64,000 nt of DNA, from NCBI GenBank assembly GCA_036506475.1, contig DASXRR010000329.1, positions 388-64,387 of the forward strand, given 5' to 3'. Position 1 is the first letter of the stretch; the number at the start of each line of letters is the position of its first letter. Both the position numbers and the translations under genes were made by a program. This DNA is from Chloroflexota bacterium. GTDB taxonomy: Bacteria > Chloroflexota > UBA6077 > CF-72. The notes beneath the pieces are model-generated. The model did not search any database. It saw only the letters and a program-made list of their open reading frames with translations, and was not told the DNA's origin. Of this stretch, positions 18,295 through 28,248 are shown one piece after another.

Positions 18295-18921
18295 ATGGTC
18301 GCGCTGATTGCGCTGCCAATGTTGGCAGTCCTCCTCGCACTGGCCTTGGGCGGCTCGCTGGCCGGCTGGGCCCGACACGGCATCGCGTGGTGGCAGCTTG
18401 CGGCGGCCGCGCTGGCCGTCCAATTGGTGCTCTACAACCCCCCACTCGACGAGCAGCCGTGGGCGATCGCGTGGGGCCCGGCGATCTGGATAGCCAGTAT
18501 TGCCGCCATGCTGCTCGTGCTCGCGCGCAACGGCATGGTGCGCGGCCCCGGCCGACCAGCTTGGTGGATTGCCACGCTGGGCACGTCGATGAATCTGGCG
18601 GTCGTCACATTCAACGGCGGCTATATGCCCCGCGCGACAGACCATCCATCGTTTTATTCAGCGGCCTCCCAGCTGACCAATGTCGTTCCTCTGGGCGAGC
18701 ACACACAATTAGCCTGGTTGGCGGACGTCATTCAGCAGCCGGCCTGGTTGCCACTGGCGAATGTGCTCAGTATCGGTGACGTGCTGCTTGCAGGCGGTCT
18801 CGCGTGGTGGGTCTTTGCCATGACGATGTCGGGCCGTACCAGAGCATTCTCTCTGCGGCTGTCGAGCGATAGCGCACCCTCGGGACGCCGGCAGGCGTCG
18901 AGCGCTAGCGATGCGCGATAG
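18295..18921 (+). CDS. DUF5317-like integral membrane protein
   Basis: Multi-TM protein with …VVTFNGGYMP… and …LADVI…ANVLSIGDVLLAGG…. Overlaps the downstream GGDEF-EAL gene by 11 nt, a pairing I recall as typical for DUF5317. Confidence 0.65.
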   Translation: MVALIALPMLAVLLALALGGSLAGWARHGIAWWQLAAAALAVQLVLYNPPLDEQPWAIAWGPAIWIASIAAMLLVLARNGMVRGPGRPAWWIATLGTSMNLAVVTFNGGYMPRATDHPSFYSAASQLTNVVPLGEHTQLAWLADVIQQPAWLPLANVLSIGDVLLAGGLAWWVFAMTMSGRTRAFSLRLSSDSAPSGRRQASSASDAR

Positions 18922-20989
18922 CCTCGTTCGTGGCTACATCGGCCTGATCTGTCTCACAGCGTGCGGCACCCTCGCGCTCGGGCTTGCTCTACCCGCCGAG
19001 CAGACTGAGTGGACGTGGTGGGGTCCAGCGCTGCTGCTCGCCGCAATCATTCTCGCCGAGCACCTGGCGATTCCGCTGCCCCGGGCAGGTGAAGTATCGG
19101 TCGCGACCATTCCTCAAGTGGTCGCGGCGCTGCTCCTGCCGCCCCCGCTCGCCGCGACCATCGCCGGACTCGGCATGCTCGTCGACCAGGTGCGCCACCG
19201 TGCACCGCTGACGCGGCTCGCATTCAACGCGGGCGCAAGCACGGTGACCGTTGGCGCCACGTCCTTGCTTGCTCAGCAGCTCGGTCTTGTCGGCACAATT
19301 CATGGCGCCAACCACACTGCCTGGGCATTCACGTTCTTTCCGGTCGCCATTACCTACTACGTCATCAACGTACTCCTGGTCACTGGAGTCGTCTCCTTGT
19401 CGACAGGCGCGGGCTTGCGCAGCGTCCTACGTGAGAATGGCCGGTTCGCCGCCGCGGCAGAGCTCGCCGCTGCAGTGATCGGCGGCCTCGTGGCGTTCGT
19501 ATGGGTGAAGGATCCCTTCTGGCTGCCCGTCGCCCTGTTTCCTGCGCTGATATCACAGCTCACGTTGCGCTACATCGACGCGAGCGCTCGAAAGACAGCC
19601 GAGCTAGAGCATCAGGCGCTCCACGACACGTTGACCAAGCTGCCCAACCGCAGTTTCTTGCAGCGACGTCTCGGCCAAGCGATCGAGGAAGCGAGGGACG
19701 AGAATGGGCCGCTGGCGCTGCTGATGCTCGATCTCGACCGATTCAAGGACGTCAACGACACATTCGGCCATCACTACGGTGACGTGCTGCTTCAGGAGAC
19801 CGGACTGCGACTCGTCCGAGTTGTGCCGGATGGGGCAACGATCGCCCGCCTGGGCGGGGACGAGTTCGCCGTGCTGCTGCCGAAGTGCACGCTCGAGCAG
19901 GCCCGTACGACGGCCGAAAGAATCATGGTCGTTCTGGAAGAACCGTTCATCCTGGAGGAATACCAGGTGAGCATCGGAGCCAGCGCTGGTATAGCTGCCT
20001 TCCCAGATCAGGGTGCCGATGCCGAGACGCTTCTGCGACATGCCGATCTGGCAATGTACGTCGCCAAAGGCTCCGAACTCAGTGTCGCGGTCTATGCATC
20101 TGAACAGGACCGGCACAGCCGAGATCGGCTCCAGCTCGCCGCGGACCTGCGGCGTGCTGTTGACCGTGGCGAGCTGCGACTCGACTACCAGCCCATCGTC
20201 TCGCTCGAGACAGGCTGCCTCGAGGAGGTCGAGGCGTTGGTCCGATGGCAGCACCCGGAGCGCGGGCTGCTTGGACCGGGGCAGTTCATCGCGCTCGCCG
20301 AAGAAACGGGCATGATCGTGCCGATTGGTCGCTGGGTATTGGAGGAGGCATGCCGCCAGGCGGTCGCGTGGCGCGAGCGCTATCCGGCGCGCCGGTCTCT
20401 GCTCATGAGCGTGAATCTCTCGGCCAGGCAGGTGCAGCAGACCGACGTACCCGCTGAGGTGAAACGCATTCTTCGGGCGACTGGCATGGACCCGCGCTCG
20501 CTGAAGCTCGAGATAACAGAGAGTGTCGCTATGGGCAATGCTGAGATGACCATCGCCACACTCTGGCTGCTCAAGGCAACGGGAATTCGTCTTGCGATCG
20601 ACGACTTCGGAACAGGCTACTCGTCGCTTGAATACCTCAAGCGATTTCCAGTGGATACGCTGAAGATCGACAAAGTTTTTGTCGACGGGCTCGGGGTGTA
20701 TCCCGAAGACGCGGCGCTGGTCGCGGCCATCATCGCGTTCGCGCATGCAGTTGGGCTCACGACCACCGCCGAGGGCGTTGAGGAAGCCAGCCAGATTGCA
20801 CACCTGCGCGACTTGGGCGCTGACCATGTGCAGGGCTACTACTGTTCGAGGCCTGTGCCGGCCGAAGTGGTCGAGCAGCTCTTCGCTGGGTCACAGCCCT
20901 TGATCGAACGCGACAACTTGCGACAACCCCAATCTGCGGCTGCTAATCGGCGACGATTGCCGAAGCGGCGCCCAGCGCGCGCCGCCTGA
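18911..20989 (+). CDS. Membrane-bound GGDEF-EAL protein (diguanylate cyclase/phosphodiesterase)
   Basis: ~230-aa N-terminal polytopic domain, GGDEF motif (ARLGGDEFAVLL), EAL motif (EVEALVRW) and …DDFGTGYSSL…KID…. Confidence 0.9.
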   Translation: MRDSLVRGYIGLICLTACGTLALGLALPAEQTEWTWWGPALLLAAIILAEHLAIPLPRAGEVSVATIPQVVAALLLPPPLAATIAGLGMLVDQVRHRAPLTRLAFNAGASTVTVGATSLLAQQLGLVGTIHGANHTAWAFTFFPVAITYYVINVLLVTGVVSLSTGAGLRSVLRENGRFAAAAELAAAVIGGLVAFVWVKDPFWLPVALFPALISQLTLRYIDASARKTAELEHQALHDTLTKLPNRSFLQRRLGQAIEEARDENGPLALLMLDLDRFKDVNDTFGHHYGDVLLQETGLRLVRVVPDGATIARLGGDEFAVLLPKCTLEQARTTAERIMVVLEEPFILEEYQVSIGASAGIAAFPDQGADAETLLRHADLAMYVAKGSELSVAVYASEQDRHSRDRLQLAADLRRAVDRGELRLDYQPIVSLETGCLEEVEALVRWQHPERGLLGPGQFIALAEETGMIVPIGRWVLEEACRQAVAWRERYPARRSLLMSVNLSARQVQQTDVPAEVKRILRATGMDPRSLKLEITESVAMGNAEMTIATLWLLKATGIRLAIDDFGTGYSSLEYLKRFPVDTLKIDKVFVDGLGVYPEDAALVAAIIAFAHAVGLTTTAEGVEEASQIAHLRDLGADHVQGYYCSRPVPAEVVEQLFAGSQPLIERDNLRQPQSAAANRRRLPKRRPARAA

Positions 20990-21046
20990 CGCATCGCCAA
21001 CGCGTGGCGTTAAGTACGACACGAGCGAGCGGTTCGCGTTGGTACG

Positions 21047-22612
21047 GTGCATCGCATCTCTCACGCGCGCCTGAGTTATCTCGCCTGGGCCGTTGGGACC
21101 GCGGTCTTGACCGCGGCCTTCGGCCTGCTCGCGACCTACAACCTGGAAAATTATCGCCCCGTCACCAATGACGAGGTGGAGCTCATGGCAGTCGGCTACA
21201 AGTTAGCGAGTCAGGGTGTGCTGGGCTCCGACTTGTACGCCGGGTTCTACGGCGCTGACCAGCACTTTTTCATCACGCTGCCCCTGCAGCACGGTCTGCA
21301 GGCGATCAGCTTCCACCTGTTCGGACCCGGCGTACTCCAGGCGCGTGGTGTCTCCGTTGTGGCGGGCATGTCGATCGTCTGGCTGGTCGGGCTGCTTGCG
21401 TATCGCTGGTACGGGCTCGCGCCTGCCGTGGTGTGCGAGCTGCTGCTGGTCGCCTGGCCATCAAATCTGACAGCCGCCTCCAACGGACTACCACTGCTCG
21501 GTGTAGCGCGTACCGCGCGCTACGACGTTCTTGCCGTGGCCACTGGTTGGATTGCGATTGCCCTCCTGGATGCCACTGTCCACAAACCGCGCGCTATTCG
21601 CGGCGTCGTCCTCGGCGCCTGTTGTGGTATCGCGGCGCTGTCGCAGTTCATGGGCCTGTTCGTGCTGCCGCTGGTTTTCGTGAATTGGCTTGCGGCTCGA
21701 GCACCGCTACGCGCGCTGGTGCCCGTCGTGTGCGGGTGTGGCGTCATTGTCTTGCCCTGGCTGGCGTACGGCGCGTGGTATGCGCGCGATGTCGCGGGCC
21801 AGCTGAGCGTGTATGCCGGCCGCGGCGACTTCCTGCGTCCGGAGTTCTACGTCGACAACATCACGCAGGAGGCCGGCCGGTACGCCCACCTGCTCACTCG
21901 CATGGATCTGAGCACGTTGCTGCTGACGATAGCCATATGGCCAGCGGTGGTGTACGTCATCTGGCGCAGCCTCCGCTCCGGCAGCAGCGGCGACCACATC
22001 GTGTGGTCCAGTCTGCTCGTGTTCGCCGGGTTGCTGTTGCTCCTGGACCACGGCAAGTCGTCGATATACGCGATCGTGCTGCTGCCGTCGATCTGCCTGT
22101 GTCTGGCGCGGTTCTCAACCAGCGTGCTCGCGTCGGCGTGGCCGCGCCTCTGGCTGCGACTGCCTGCATGCCTGGTTGGCATCTGGATCATGATCGCCGT
22201 CTCACTCGACGGCATAGGTGCCTACCAGATCACGCTGATGCAAGCGAAACAGGTCAGTCCGTACGCTGAGGTTGGCCAGCAGATCGAGCGTGCATTGGCT
22301 CCGCGGGCACGGGTGCTCGGCCCGGAACGTTGGTGGTGGGCCACACACACCCATCCCTACCTCTCACTGCGCAGCGTGTGGTGGCAGTGGGGCCTTGCCT
22401 CCGGACCTTCACTCAGCGACGTGGATAACATCATCGTCAACGACAATGTCCGCGCCGATATCCTGCTCTTTCCCGAATCAGTGCAGCAGCGCTTCTGGAC
22501 CTTCATTCGCATGTGCACGACACGCGCCGCCGCGCTGGACGATCCAACCTACTTCGGCATCGACATCTATCGTGTACTCGGGCAGTCTCCGGATCCGGAC
22601 CAGTGCGGCTAG
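21047..22612 (+). CDS. Polytopic glycosyltransferase, GT39/ArnT (PMT_2)-like
   Basis: ~12 predicted TM helices. N-terminal …NDEVELMAVGYKLASQGVLG… resembles the ArnT-like first-loop region. Family call from general architecture only. Confidence 0.55.
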   Translation: MHRISHARLSYLAWAVGTAVLTAAFGLLATYNLENYRPVTNDEVELMAVGYKLASQGVLGSDLYAGFYGADQHFFITLPLQHGLQAISFHLFGPGVLQARGVSVVAGMSIVWLVGLLAYRWYGLAPAVVCELLLVAWPSNLTAASNGLPLLGVARTARYDVLAVATGWIAIALLDATVHKPRAIRGVVLGACCGIAALSQFMGLFVLPLVFVNWLAARAPLRALVPVVCGCGVIVLPWLAYGAWYARDVAGQLSVYAGRGDFLRPEFYVDNITQEAGRYAHLLTRMDLSTLLLTIAIWPAVVYVIWRSLRSGSSGDHIVWSSLLVFAGLLLLLDHGKSSIYAIVLLPSICLCLARFSTSVLASAWPRLWLRLPACLVGIWIMIAVSLDGIGAYQITLMQAKQVSPYAEVGQQIERALAPRARVLGPERWWWATHTHPYLSLRSVWWQWGLASGPSLSDVDNIIVNDNVRADILLFPESVQQRFWTFIRMCTTRAAALDDPTYFGIDIYRVLGQSPDPDQCG

Positions 22613-22629
22613 GTCTGCGGGTTGTCATT

Positions 22630-22652
22630 CTGAGCCCTTCGGCTTCGCTCAG
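22630..22652. repeat. Hairpin inside a GTCATTCTGAGC…GCTCAGGACAAGCTCCGCGAAGGATC-type intergenic element
   Basis: CTGAGC-ccttcggcttc-GCTCAG lies between convergent genes. It resembles widespread small REP-like elements and shares GCTTCGCTC/CTCCGCG strings with the 15.7 kb repeat. Confidence 0.45.
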
Positions 22653-22719
22653 GACAAGCTCCGCGAAGGATCCGCGGGCTGGCGTTCGATTGACAATCGA
22701 CGCCGGACCTGCGCCGAGG

Positions 22720-23550
22720 TTAGCCTTTCAGCGCTCCGGCGAGGAGGCCGCGCATGAACAGGCGGCCGAGGAGCAGGTAGACCAGGACGGTCGGGGCGGC
22801 GGCCAGGATGGCGGCGGCCATCTGCAGGTTCCATTCGATCGAGAACGTGCCGGTGATGTTGTTGATGGCGACGGTCATCGGCGCGAGCTGGGGATTGCTC
22901 AGCACCACGACGCCCAGCAGAAAGTCGTTCCAGATGTTGGTGAATTGCCAGATCAAGGCGACGGCGAAGGCAGGCGCCGCGATGGGCAGCATGATCCACC
23001 AGTACAGGCCGAAGAAACCAGCACCATCGATGCGCCCGGCGTCGAGCATCTCGCGCGGGACGGTGACGAAGTAGGAGCGGAAAATCAGCGCTGTAATCGG
23101 CATCCCGAATACGCAGTGCACGAAGATGAGGCCCGGAATAGAGCCATATAAATGCACGAACGTCAGCACTTGCACCAGCGGGATCAAGATGCCCTGATAG
23201 GGCAAGAATATGCCGAACAGAATGAGCATGAAGATCAGGTTTGAGTAGCGGAACTTCCACTTGGCGAACACGTACCCGTTAAGCGAGCCAATGAACGACG
23301 AGATCAGCGCGGCGGGGATGGTGATCATCACGCTATTCCAGAAGTTAGGCGCGACTAGCGGTAATGCGCGCGTCCAACTGTCCAGATAGAGCGACGTCGG
23401 GAGATTCCACATCTGGTCAACCGACACTCGGTCGAACGGCTTGAAGGCCGTGAGCATCAGCATGTATACGGGCAGCAGGTAGTACGCGGCGAAGAAGATC
23501 AGCACACCGTACAGCACCACCCGACCGGAGTAGCGCATGGCCAGGCTCAT
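22720..23550 (-). CDS. Carbohydrate ABC transporter permease (MalG-like)
   Basis: EAA loop …MLDAGRIDGAGFFGLYWWIMLPI…. ATGA overlap with the upstream permease. Confidence 0.9.
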   Translation of the reverse strand: MSLAMRYSGRVVLYGVLIFFAAYYLLPVYMLMLTAFKPFDRVSVDQMWNLPTSLYLDSWTRALPLVAPNFWNSVMITIPAALISSFIGSLNGYVFAKWKFRYSNLIFMLILFGIFLPYQGILIPLVQVLTFVHLYGSIPGLIFVHCVFGMPITALIFRSYFVTVPREMLDAGRIDGAGFFGLYWWIMLPIAAPAFAVALIWQFTNIWNDFLLGVVVLSNPQLAPMTVAINNITGTFSIEWNLQMAAAILAAAPTVLVYLLLGRLFMRGLLAGALKG

Positions 23551-24425
23551 CGTTCGATCTCGTCCTTCACCGTCAGGAAATAGGGGATGATCAACCCGAG
23601 CGCGAAGATGAGCATGATCACGCCAATTGCCGCGCCTTGCGAGTAGCGATATTGCTGAAACGTGGTCTGGAACATGAAATACGCGGGCGTGTCAGTCGCG
23701 AACGCGGGACCGCTGCCGGTCATAGCCGCGGGCAAATCGAACAAACGCAGCGAGATCGTGCCGAGAATGATGAGCGCAGTGAGCGTAACCGGGGTGATCA
23801 GCGGGATGGCGATGTAGCGGTAGTACTGAATGCCGCTGGCCCCGTCGATTCTGGCCGCGTCACGGAGCTCGCCCGGTACGCCGCGCAGGCCGGCCAGGTA
23901 CAACGCCATGGTGTAACCCGACATCTGCCAAGCGGCGGCGATCGACGTCGCGATAATGCCGATGTTTGGGTCGGCGTACCAACGGTTTTGCAGGAAACCC
24001 AGGCCGACCACCTCGAAGATGTCGTTCAGGCCGGCCGACGGATTCATCAGCCACTTCCACGCCACGCCCGTGACGATTGCTGAGATCGCGAACGGCAGCA
24101 CGTAGATCGTGCGAAAGATCGCCTCGGCTTTGATGCGCTGATCGAGCAAGATGGCCAGGATGAGCCCGATGCCCAGGCATTGCACGAGGAAGAAGACGCT
24201 GAACACGGCGGTATTGCGTAGATCGATAAGGAACCTCGGTGTCTGAAATAGCCGCCCGAAGTTCTGCAGGCCGACCCACGTGTAATTCGGCGTGATGTCG
24301 TTCCAGTTGACCAGCGAGATGAAGCCGGTCCATAGAATGAAGGCGTAAATAAAGATCAGTACCGCCAGCACTGACGGGGCGACGACGACACACGCCCAGA
24401 AGGTATCTGACTTCAACCACGCCAA
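23547..24425 (-). CDS. Carbohydrate ABC transporter permease (MalF-like)
   Basis: …LRDAARIDGASGIQYYRYIAIPL…. Start taken as TTG at 24425 (alternative 24416). The ORF-track extension to 25103 runs into the SBP gene. Confidence 0.85.
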   Translation of the reverse strand: MAWLKSDTFWACVVVAPSVLAVLIFIYAFILWTGFISLVNWNDITPNYTWVGLQNFGRLFQTPRFLIDLRNTAVFSVFFLVQCLGIGLILAILLDQRIKAEAIFRTIYVLPFAISAIVTGVAWKWLMNPSAGLNDIFEVVGLGFLQNRWYADPNIGIIATSIAAAWQMSGYTMALYLAGLRGVPGELRDAARIDGASGIQYYRYIAIPLITPVTLTALIILGTISLRLFDLPAAMTGSGPAFATDTPAYFMFQTTFQQYRYSQGAAIGVIMLIFALGLIIPYFLTVKDEIER

Positions 24426-24460
24426 ACGCCGCCGCCGATGAACCGGCGCTTCAACAGAAC

Positions 24461-24483
24461 GGGGGGCGACAAGGTCGCCCCCC
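24461..24483 (-). promoter_or_regulatory. Perfect 10-bp GC hairpin between the SBP and first permease genes
   Basis: GGGGGGCGAC-aag-GTCGCCCCCC, 22 nt downstream of the SBP stop on the minus-strand transcript. Such hairpins commonly act as intra-operon attenuators or mRNA stabilisers after SBP genes. Confidence 0.5.
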
Positions 24484-24505
24484 AGCACGGATTGCAAATC
24501 GAAAC

Positions 24506-25819
24506 TCAGCCGAAACCGGCGACCTGCGCGGCCTGTACCAGAGCCTGCTGCGCCGCCGAAACGTCGCGCGTGACCGCGAACGTGTTGACGATGTTCACGT
24601 AGTCGGTGACCCAGCTTTCCTTCGCCGCAAACCCGTGCACCACGCTCGGCACGATGATATTCGACTTGAAGTCGCTCATCGCCGACCGCTGGTAGGAGTC
24701 GTAGCCGGGACCCTGGCCAGCGTCGACGCGGGCCGGGATCGATCCCTTGAGGGGATTGAACGCGTCCTGGCCGGCGACCGAGCCGGCGATCTTGAGCCAG
24801 GCGATGGCGTTGTCGCGGTCGACCACATTCTTGGGCAGACCGAACGAGTCCGCCAGCGCGTTGTAGACACCGCTCGTCGACGGCGTCGCGCTGTAGCCGA
24901 AATCGGTGAACTTCTTGCTCTTGAGGTAGCCGTTGTTCCAGTCGCCATTGATGACGCTGAAGGCACGTCCCGCGATCACCCGGTCGGTGCTGTCCGTCCA
25001 GGACACCGACAGATAGTCGGTGTTGGCGAAACCGAGCAGCGTGTCGAAGGTATTGAGCGCCTGGGTCACGCCCGGGTCGGACCACGGCGTGCCGCCGGTC
25101 CACAGGCCCTTGTAGCCCTGCGCGCCAAGGTCGCCGAGCAACACGTTTTCGAACACGTGGGCGGCGTGGCCGGGCTGATTCTCGCCGATGGAGATGAGTG
25201 GGATGCCCTGCGCGCGCAGGGTCTCGCCCAGATTGAAGAAGTCATGGAAGGTCGTCGGCACGGGCGCGCCCGTGCTGGCGAGTATGGCCTGGTTGAACCA
25301 CAGCACATTCGACCGATGGATGTTGACCGGCACGGCCCATTGGTGTCCGTCGGCCTGCGAGATCGACAGCAGCTGGTCGGGGAAGGTGCTGGTCCAGCCC
25401 TCGCTCTCGTACAGGAAGTCGATCGGCTCCATGCGGCCAGCTTTGACGTGGCTATCGAGCAGCTCGTGGCCAAGGTGGACCTGGAAGGAGTCGGGCGGCT
25501 GACCGGCGAGCATGCGGGTCTGCAGGACGGCCTTCATGTTGCCGCCAGCGCCGGTGCCACCAGCGAGCGCGGCATTGACGACCTCGACGTCCGAATTGGA
25601 AGCCTTGAACGCGGCATACAGCGCTTCGAGGGCCTCGACCTCGCCGGGTGCCGTCCACCAGGAGAAGATTTCGAGCTTACCCGCTGCGCGGGCCAACAGC
25701 GGCGGAAGGGCCAGGTTGCCAGCGGCAGCCAATAGCCCGGCTGTGCCGAGCGAGGCCTGAAGAAAACGTCGACGACGCATTGGTAATGCAAGTCCGGGAA
25801 CGCGAGCGGGATGCGCCAC
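24506..25819 (-). CDS. ABC transporter substrate-binding protein (CUT1 sugar family) with Tat-type signal
   Basis: GGGAGG lies 6 nt before the GTG at 25819. Signal …MRRRRFLQASLGTAGLLAAAG…ARAAG, then an SBP_bac_1-like body. Confidence 0.9.
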   Translation of the reverse strand: MAHPARVPGLALPMRRRRFLQASLGTAGLLAAAGNLALPPLLARAAGKLEIFSWWTAPGEVEALEALYAAFKASNSDVEVVNAALAGGTGAGGNMKAVLQTRMLAGQPPDSFQVHLGHELLDSHVKAGRMEPIDFLYESEGWTSTFPDQLLSISQADGHQWAVPVNIHRSNVLWFNQAILASTGAPVPTTFHDFFNLGETLRAQGIPLISIGENQPGHAAHVFENVLLGDLGAQGYKGLWTGGTPWSDPGVTQALNTFDTLLGFANTDYLSVSWTDSTDRVIAGRAFSVINGDWNNGYLKSKKFTDFGYSATPSTSGVYNALADSFGLPKNVVDRDNAIAWLKIAGSVAGQDAFNPLKGSIPARVDAGQGPGYDSYQRSAMSDFKSNIIVPSVVHGFAAKESWVTDYVNIVNTFAVTRDVSAAQQALVQAAQVAGFG

Positions 25820-25973
25820 GGGGTACCTCCCAGTCTGAGGTGGTCCGGCCTGAAAACGCGCGAAGATCGCGGGCCGAGTCTAGTCGGCCGCAGACGCGCT
25901 TGTCCATCAGACGGAGGGAAGAGCACGCGCGCGGGCCCGTGAAAACCAGGCCGCGCACAACGCGCGTAGCGCG

Positions 25974-26612
25974 CTATACCCGCGCAGCAAGGCTCTCCCG
26001 AGTCACGTTCTCACGTTCGGTGACCTGGCGAATGACGAAGTCGAACGTGCCATGCTTGGTCCCGTTCGCGTCGACCGTACAGCGGACGAGCAGCTCGTCC
26101 GTGTAGAACGGGTCGTCCGCGTTGCCTGGCTCCCCGTCAATATAGAGCTGCGTCGTCACGGGACTGCTGATGCCTTGCACCTTGACGTGGATGTGCTTCG
26201 CGTCGCGCGGGTAGTAGCAGCCGGGGACAATCGTCGTGAACTGGTAACGCCCCTCATCGTCGGTGTGGACATAGCCGGTGTATTTGTAGCCGAGCATGTC
26301 GTAGTTCCCGACACCGTCGGACGACCAGATGTTGACGACCGCGTTCGGGATGGGCCTGCCCGTGGTGCTCAGGACGCGCCCGGACAGGACCAGCTCAGGC
26401 TTGTCACCAGGCTCGAGCAGGTTCGAGCGCATCGGCGCACCAAGGCGGAAGTACGGCCCATCGATCTCTTGCGGTGTCGGCTTCAGCTCGCCTGCCTGGG
26501 GCGGCTCCGGCTGGCGCACGGCCTTGCCCGCCAGACTGCCACCGGGTACCCGCTCGCCGCGCATCATCGCACCCATGGCCGCGAACGTCTCTCGCATGTC
26601 GTCGGTGATCAT
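25974..26612 (-). CDS. Intradiol ring-cleavage dioxygenase family protein
   Basis: …IDGPYFRLGAP…LSGRVLSTTGRPIPNAVVNIWSSDGVGNY…PGCYYPRDAKHIHVKV…. Confidence 0.75.
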   Translation of the reverse strand: MITDDMRETFAAMGAMMRGERVPGGSLAGKAVRQPEPPQAGELKPTPQEIDGPYFRLGAPMRSNLLEPGDKPELVLSGRVLSTTGRPIPNAVVNIWSSDGVGNYDMLGYKYTGYVHTDDEGRYQFTTIVPGCYYPRDAKHIHVKVQGISSPVTTQLYIDGEPGNADDPFYTDELLVRCTVDANGTKHGTFDFVIRQVTERENVTRESLAARV

Positions 26613-27014
26613 GTGCTTCTTCCCCTGATCCTGGAATTGGCCGCTGAGTTTGCGCTTCGACTCGCATCATACGGTTCGCGAGGTCTGTCAGCGTATGGTC
26701 AGTAGTACGCTCGTCTCCGCCCCGGGCCCGGCGCGCGGCGCGCACTCCGACCCGAGGAGATGCGCTGCTACGCCTGACTCGCGGACCACGCGCGACTGGA
26801 ACCCGTTCGTCCTGCTGCCGATCGACGCCAAGTGGTCCTCCGAACGCGCCATCCACCCTGTTAAATGGCGTAGCTGGCTAGAAGCTAACGCCCGGCCAGC
26901 GAATTCGGCAGCGACTCAGGCCGGGTGCGTCCAGGCTGGCTGACGGTTCCGTGTTATCGCGACTCGCCTCGCATGCGACCGGCCCTGTGCTCACGGCTCT
27001 ATGATCAGTCCGCT

Positions 27015-28193
27015 ATGCCGCTCCGAGACAAGCGCTTCGGCGCATTTATGGCGCCGTTCCACCCACCCATCGAGCACCCACTGCTGGCGCTGGAGCGCGA
27101 CTTGGAGCTGCTCGTCTGGCTGGACGAGCTGGCGTTCGACGAGGTCTGGGTCGGCGAACACCACAGCGCGGGGTGGGAGTACATCAACTCGCCTGAGCTG
27201 TTCCTGGCCATCGCCGCCGAGCGGACCAAGCACATCAAACTCGGCACTGGCGTAGTCAGCTTGCCGTATCACCACCCACTGCTGGTGGCCGAACGCATGG
27301 CGTTCCTGGACAACATGACGCGCGGTCGGGTGCTCTTCGGCGTCGGACCTGGTGCGCTGGTGACCGATGCGCTGATGCTCGGCGTCGAGCCGACACGCAC
27401 GCGGCCGATGATGGACGAGGCACTCGGCGTGATCCTGCGGCTGTTCACCGAGACCGAGCCGATTACCGTCGAATCTGACTGGTTTACGTTGCGCAACGCG
27501 GTGCTGCACGTGCGACCCTACTCCAAGCCGTACATGCCGCTTGCGGTGGCGTCGATGCAGTCGCCCGCTGGACCGGCGCTCGCGGGCAAATACGGCGCAG
27601 GGCTGCTGTCCGTCGGAGTCTTCTTCGGCTTCCGCGGCGCCGTTGACCTGAAGGCCCAGTGGCAGATTGCCGAGGACGCGGCAGCGGAGGCTGGGCGCAC
27701 AGTCAGTCGCGACGAATGGCGCTTGGTGCTGCCGATGCATCTGGCTGAGACCAGGCAGGAAGCGATCGCCCAGATTCACGATCGTGGTACGGCCTGGCTA
27801 ACGCAGTACCAGCGCGATGTACTCGGTCGGCCGCTGCCGGAGGACATCCCCGAAGAGCACGTGGTGGAAACGCTGGCAGAGCGCGGCAGCTGGCTGGTCG
27901 GCACACCTGACGACTGCATCGCCGCGATCGAACGGCTCGAAGAGCTGAGTGGAGGCTTCGGCGGGCTGCTGGTCATGGTTCAGGACTGGGCAACGCGTGA
28001 GCAGCAACGGCACAGCTACGAGCTTCTCGCACGCTACGTTATGCCTCGGTACACGGGTGCGCTCGTCGGCGTCGAGGCCGGCCACCGCTACGGCGTTGCC
28101 CAGGCCGCGGAGGCCCAGCGGGCGATGAAACGCTCGATCGAGCAGGCGTTCGAGACACGCGAGCGCACGTCGGCCAACGGCCCCGCGGTCTAG
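27015..28193 (+). CDS. LLM-class flavin-dependent (luciferase-like) monooxygenase
   Basis: …FGAFMAPFHPP…LDELAFDEVWVGEHHS…, as in LimB-type enzymes. The ATG at 27015 is preferred over the ORF-track start. Confidence 0.85.
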   Translation: MPLRDKRFGAFMAPFHPPIEHPLLALERDLELLVWLDELAFDEVWVGEHHSAGWEYINSPELFLAIAAERTKHIKLGTGVVSLPYHHPLLVAERMAFLDNMTRGRVLFGVGPGALVTDALMLGVEPTRTRPMMDEALGVILRLFTETEPITVESDWFTLRNAVLHVRPYSKPYMPLAVASMQSPAGPALAGKYGAGLLSVGVFFGFRGAVDLKAQWQIAEDAAAEAGRTVSRDEWRLVLPMHLAETRQEAIAQIHDRGTAWLTQYQRDVLGRPLPEDIPEEHVVETLAERGSWLVGTPDDCIAAIERLEELSGGFGGLLVMVQDWATREQQRHSYELLARYVMPRYTGALVGVEAGHRYGVAQAAEAQRAMKRSIEQAFETRERTSANGPAV

Positions 28194-28248
28194 CGCGCAG
28201 CCAGGCGCGGGACCGCACGGCGACTCACGCATCGCCCCCAGCTGTGTA

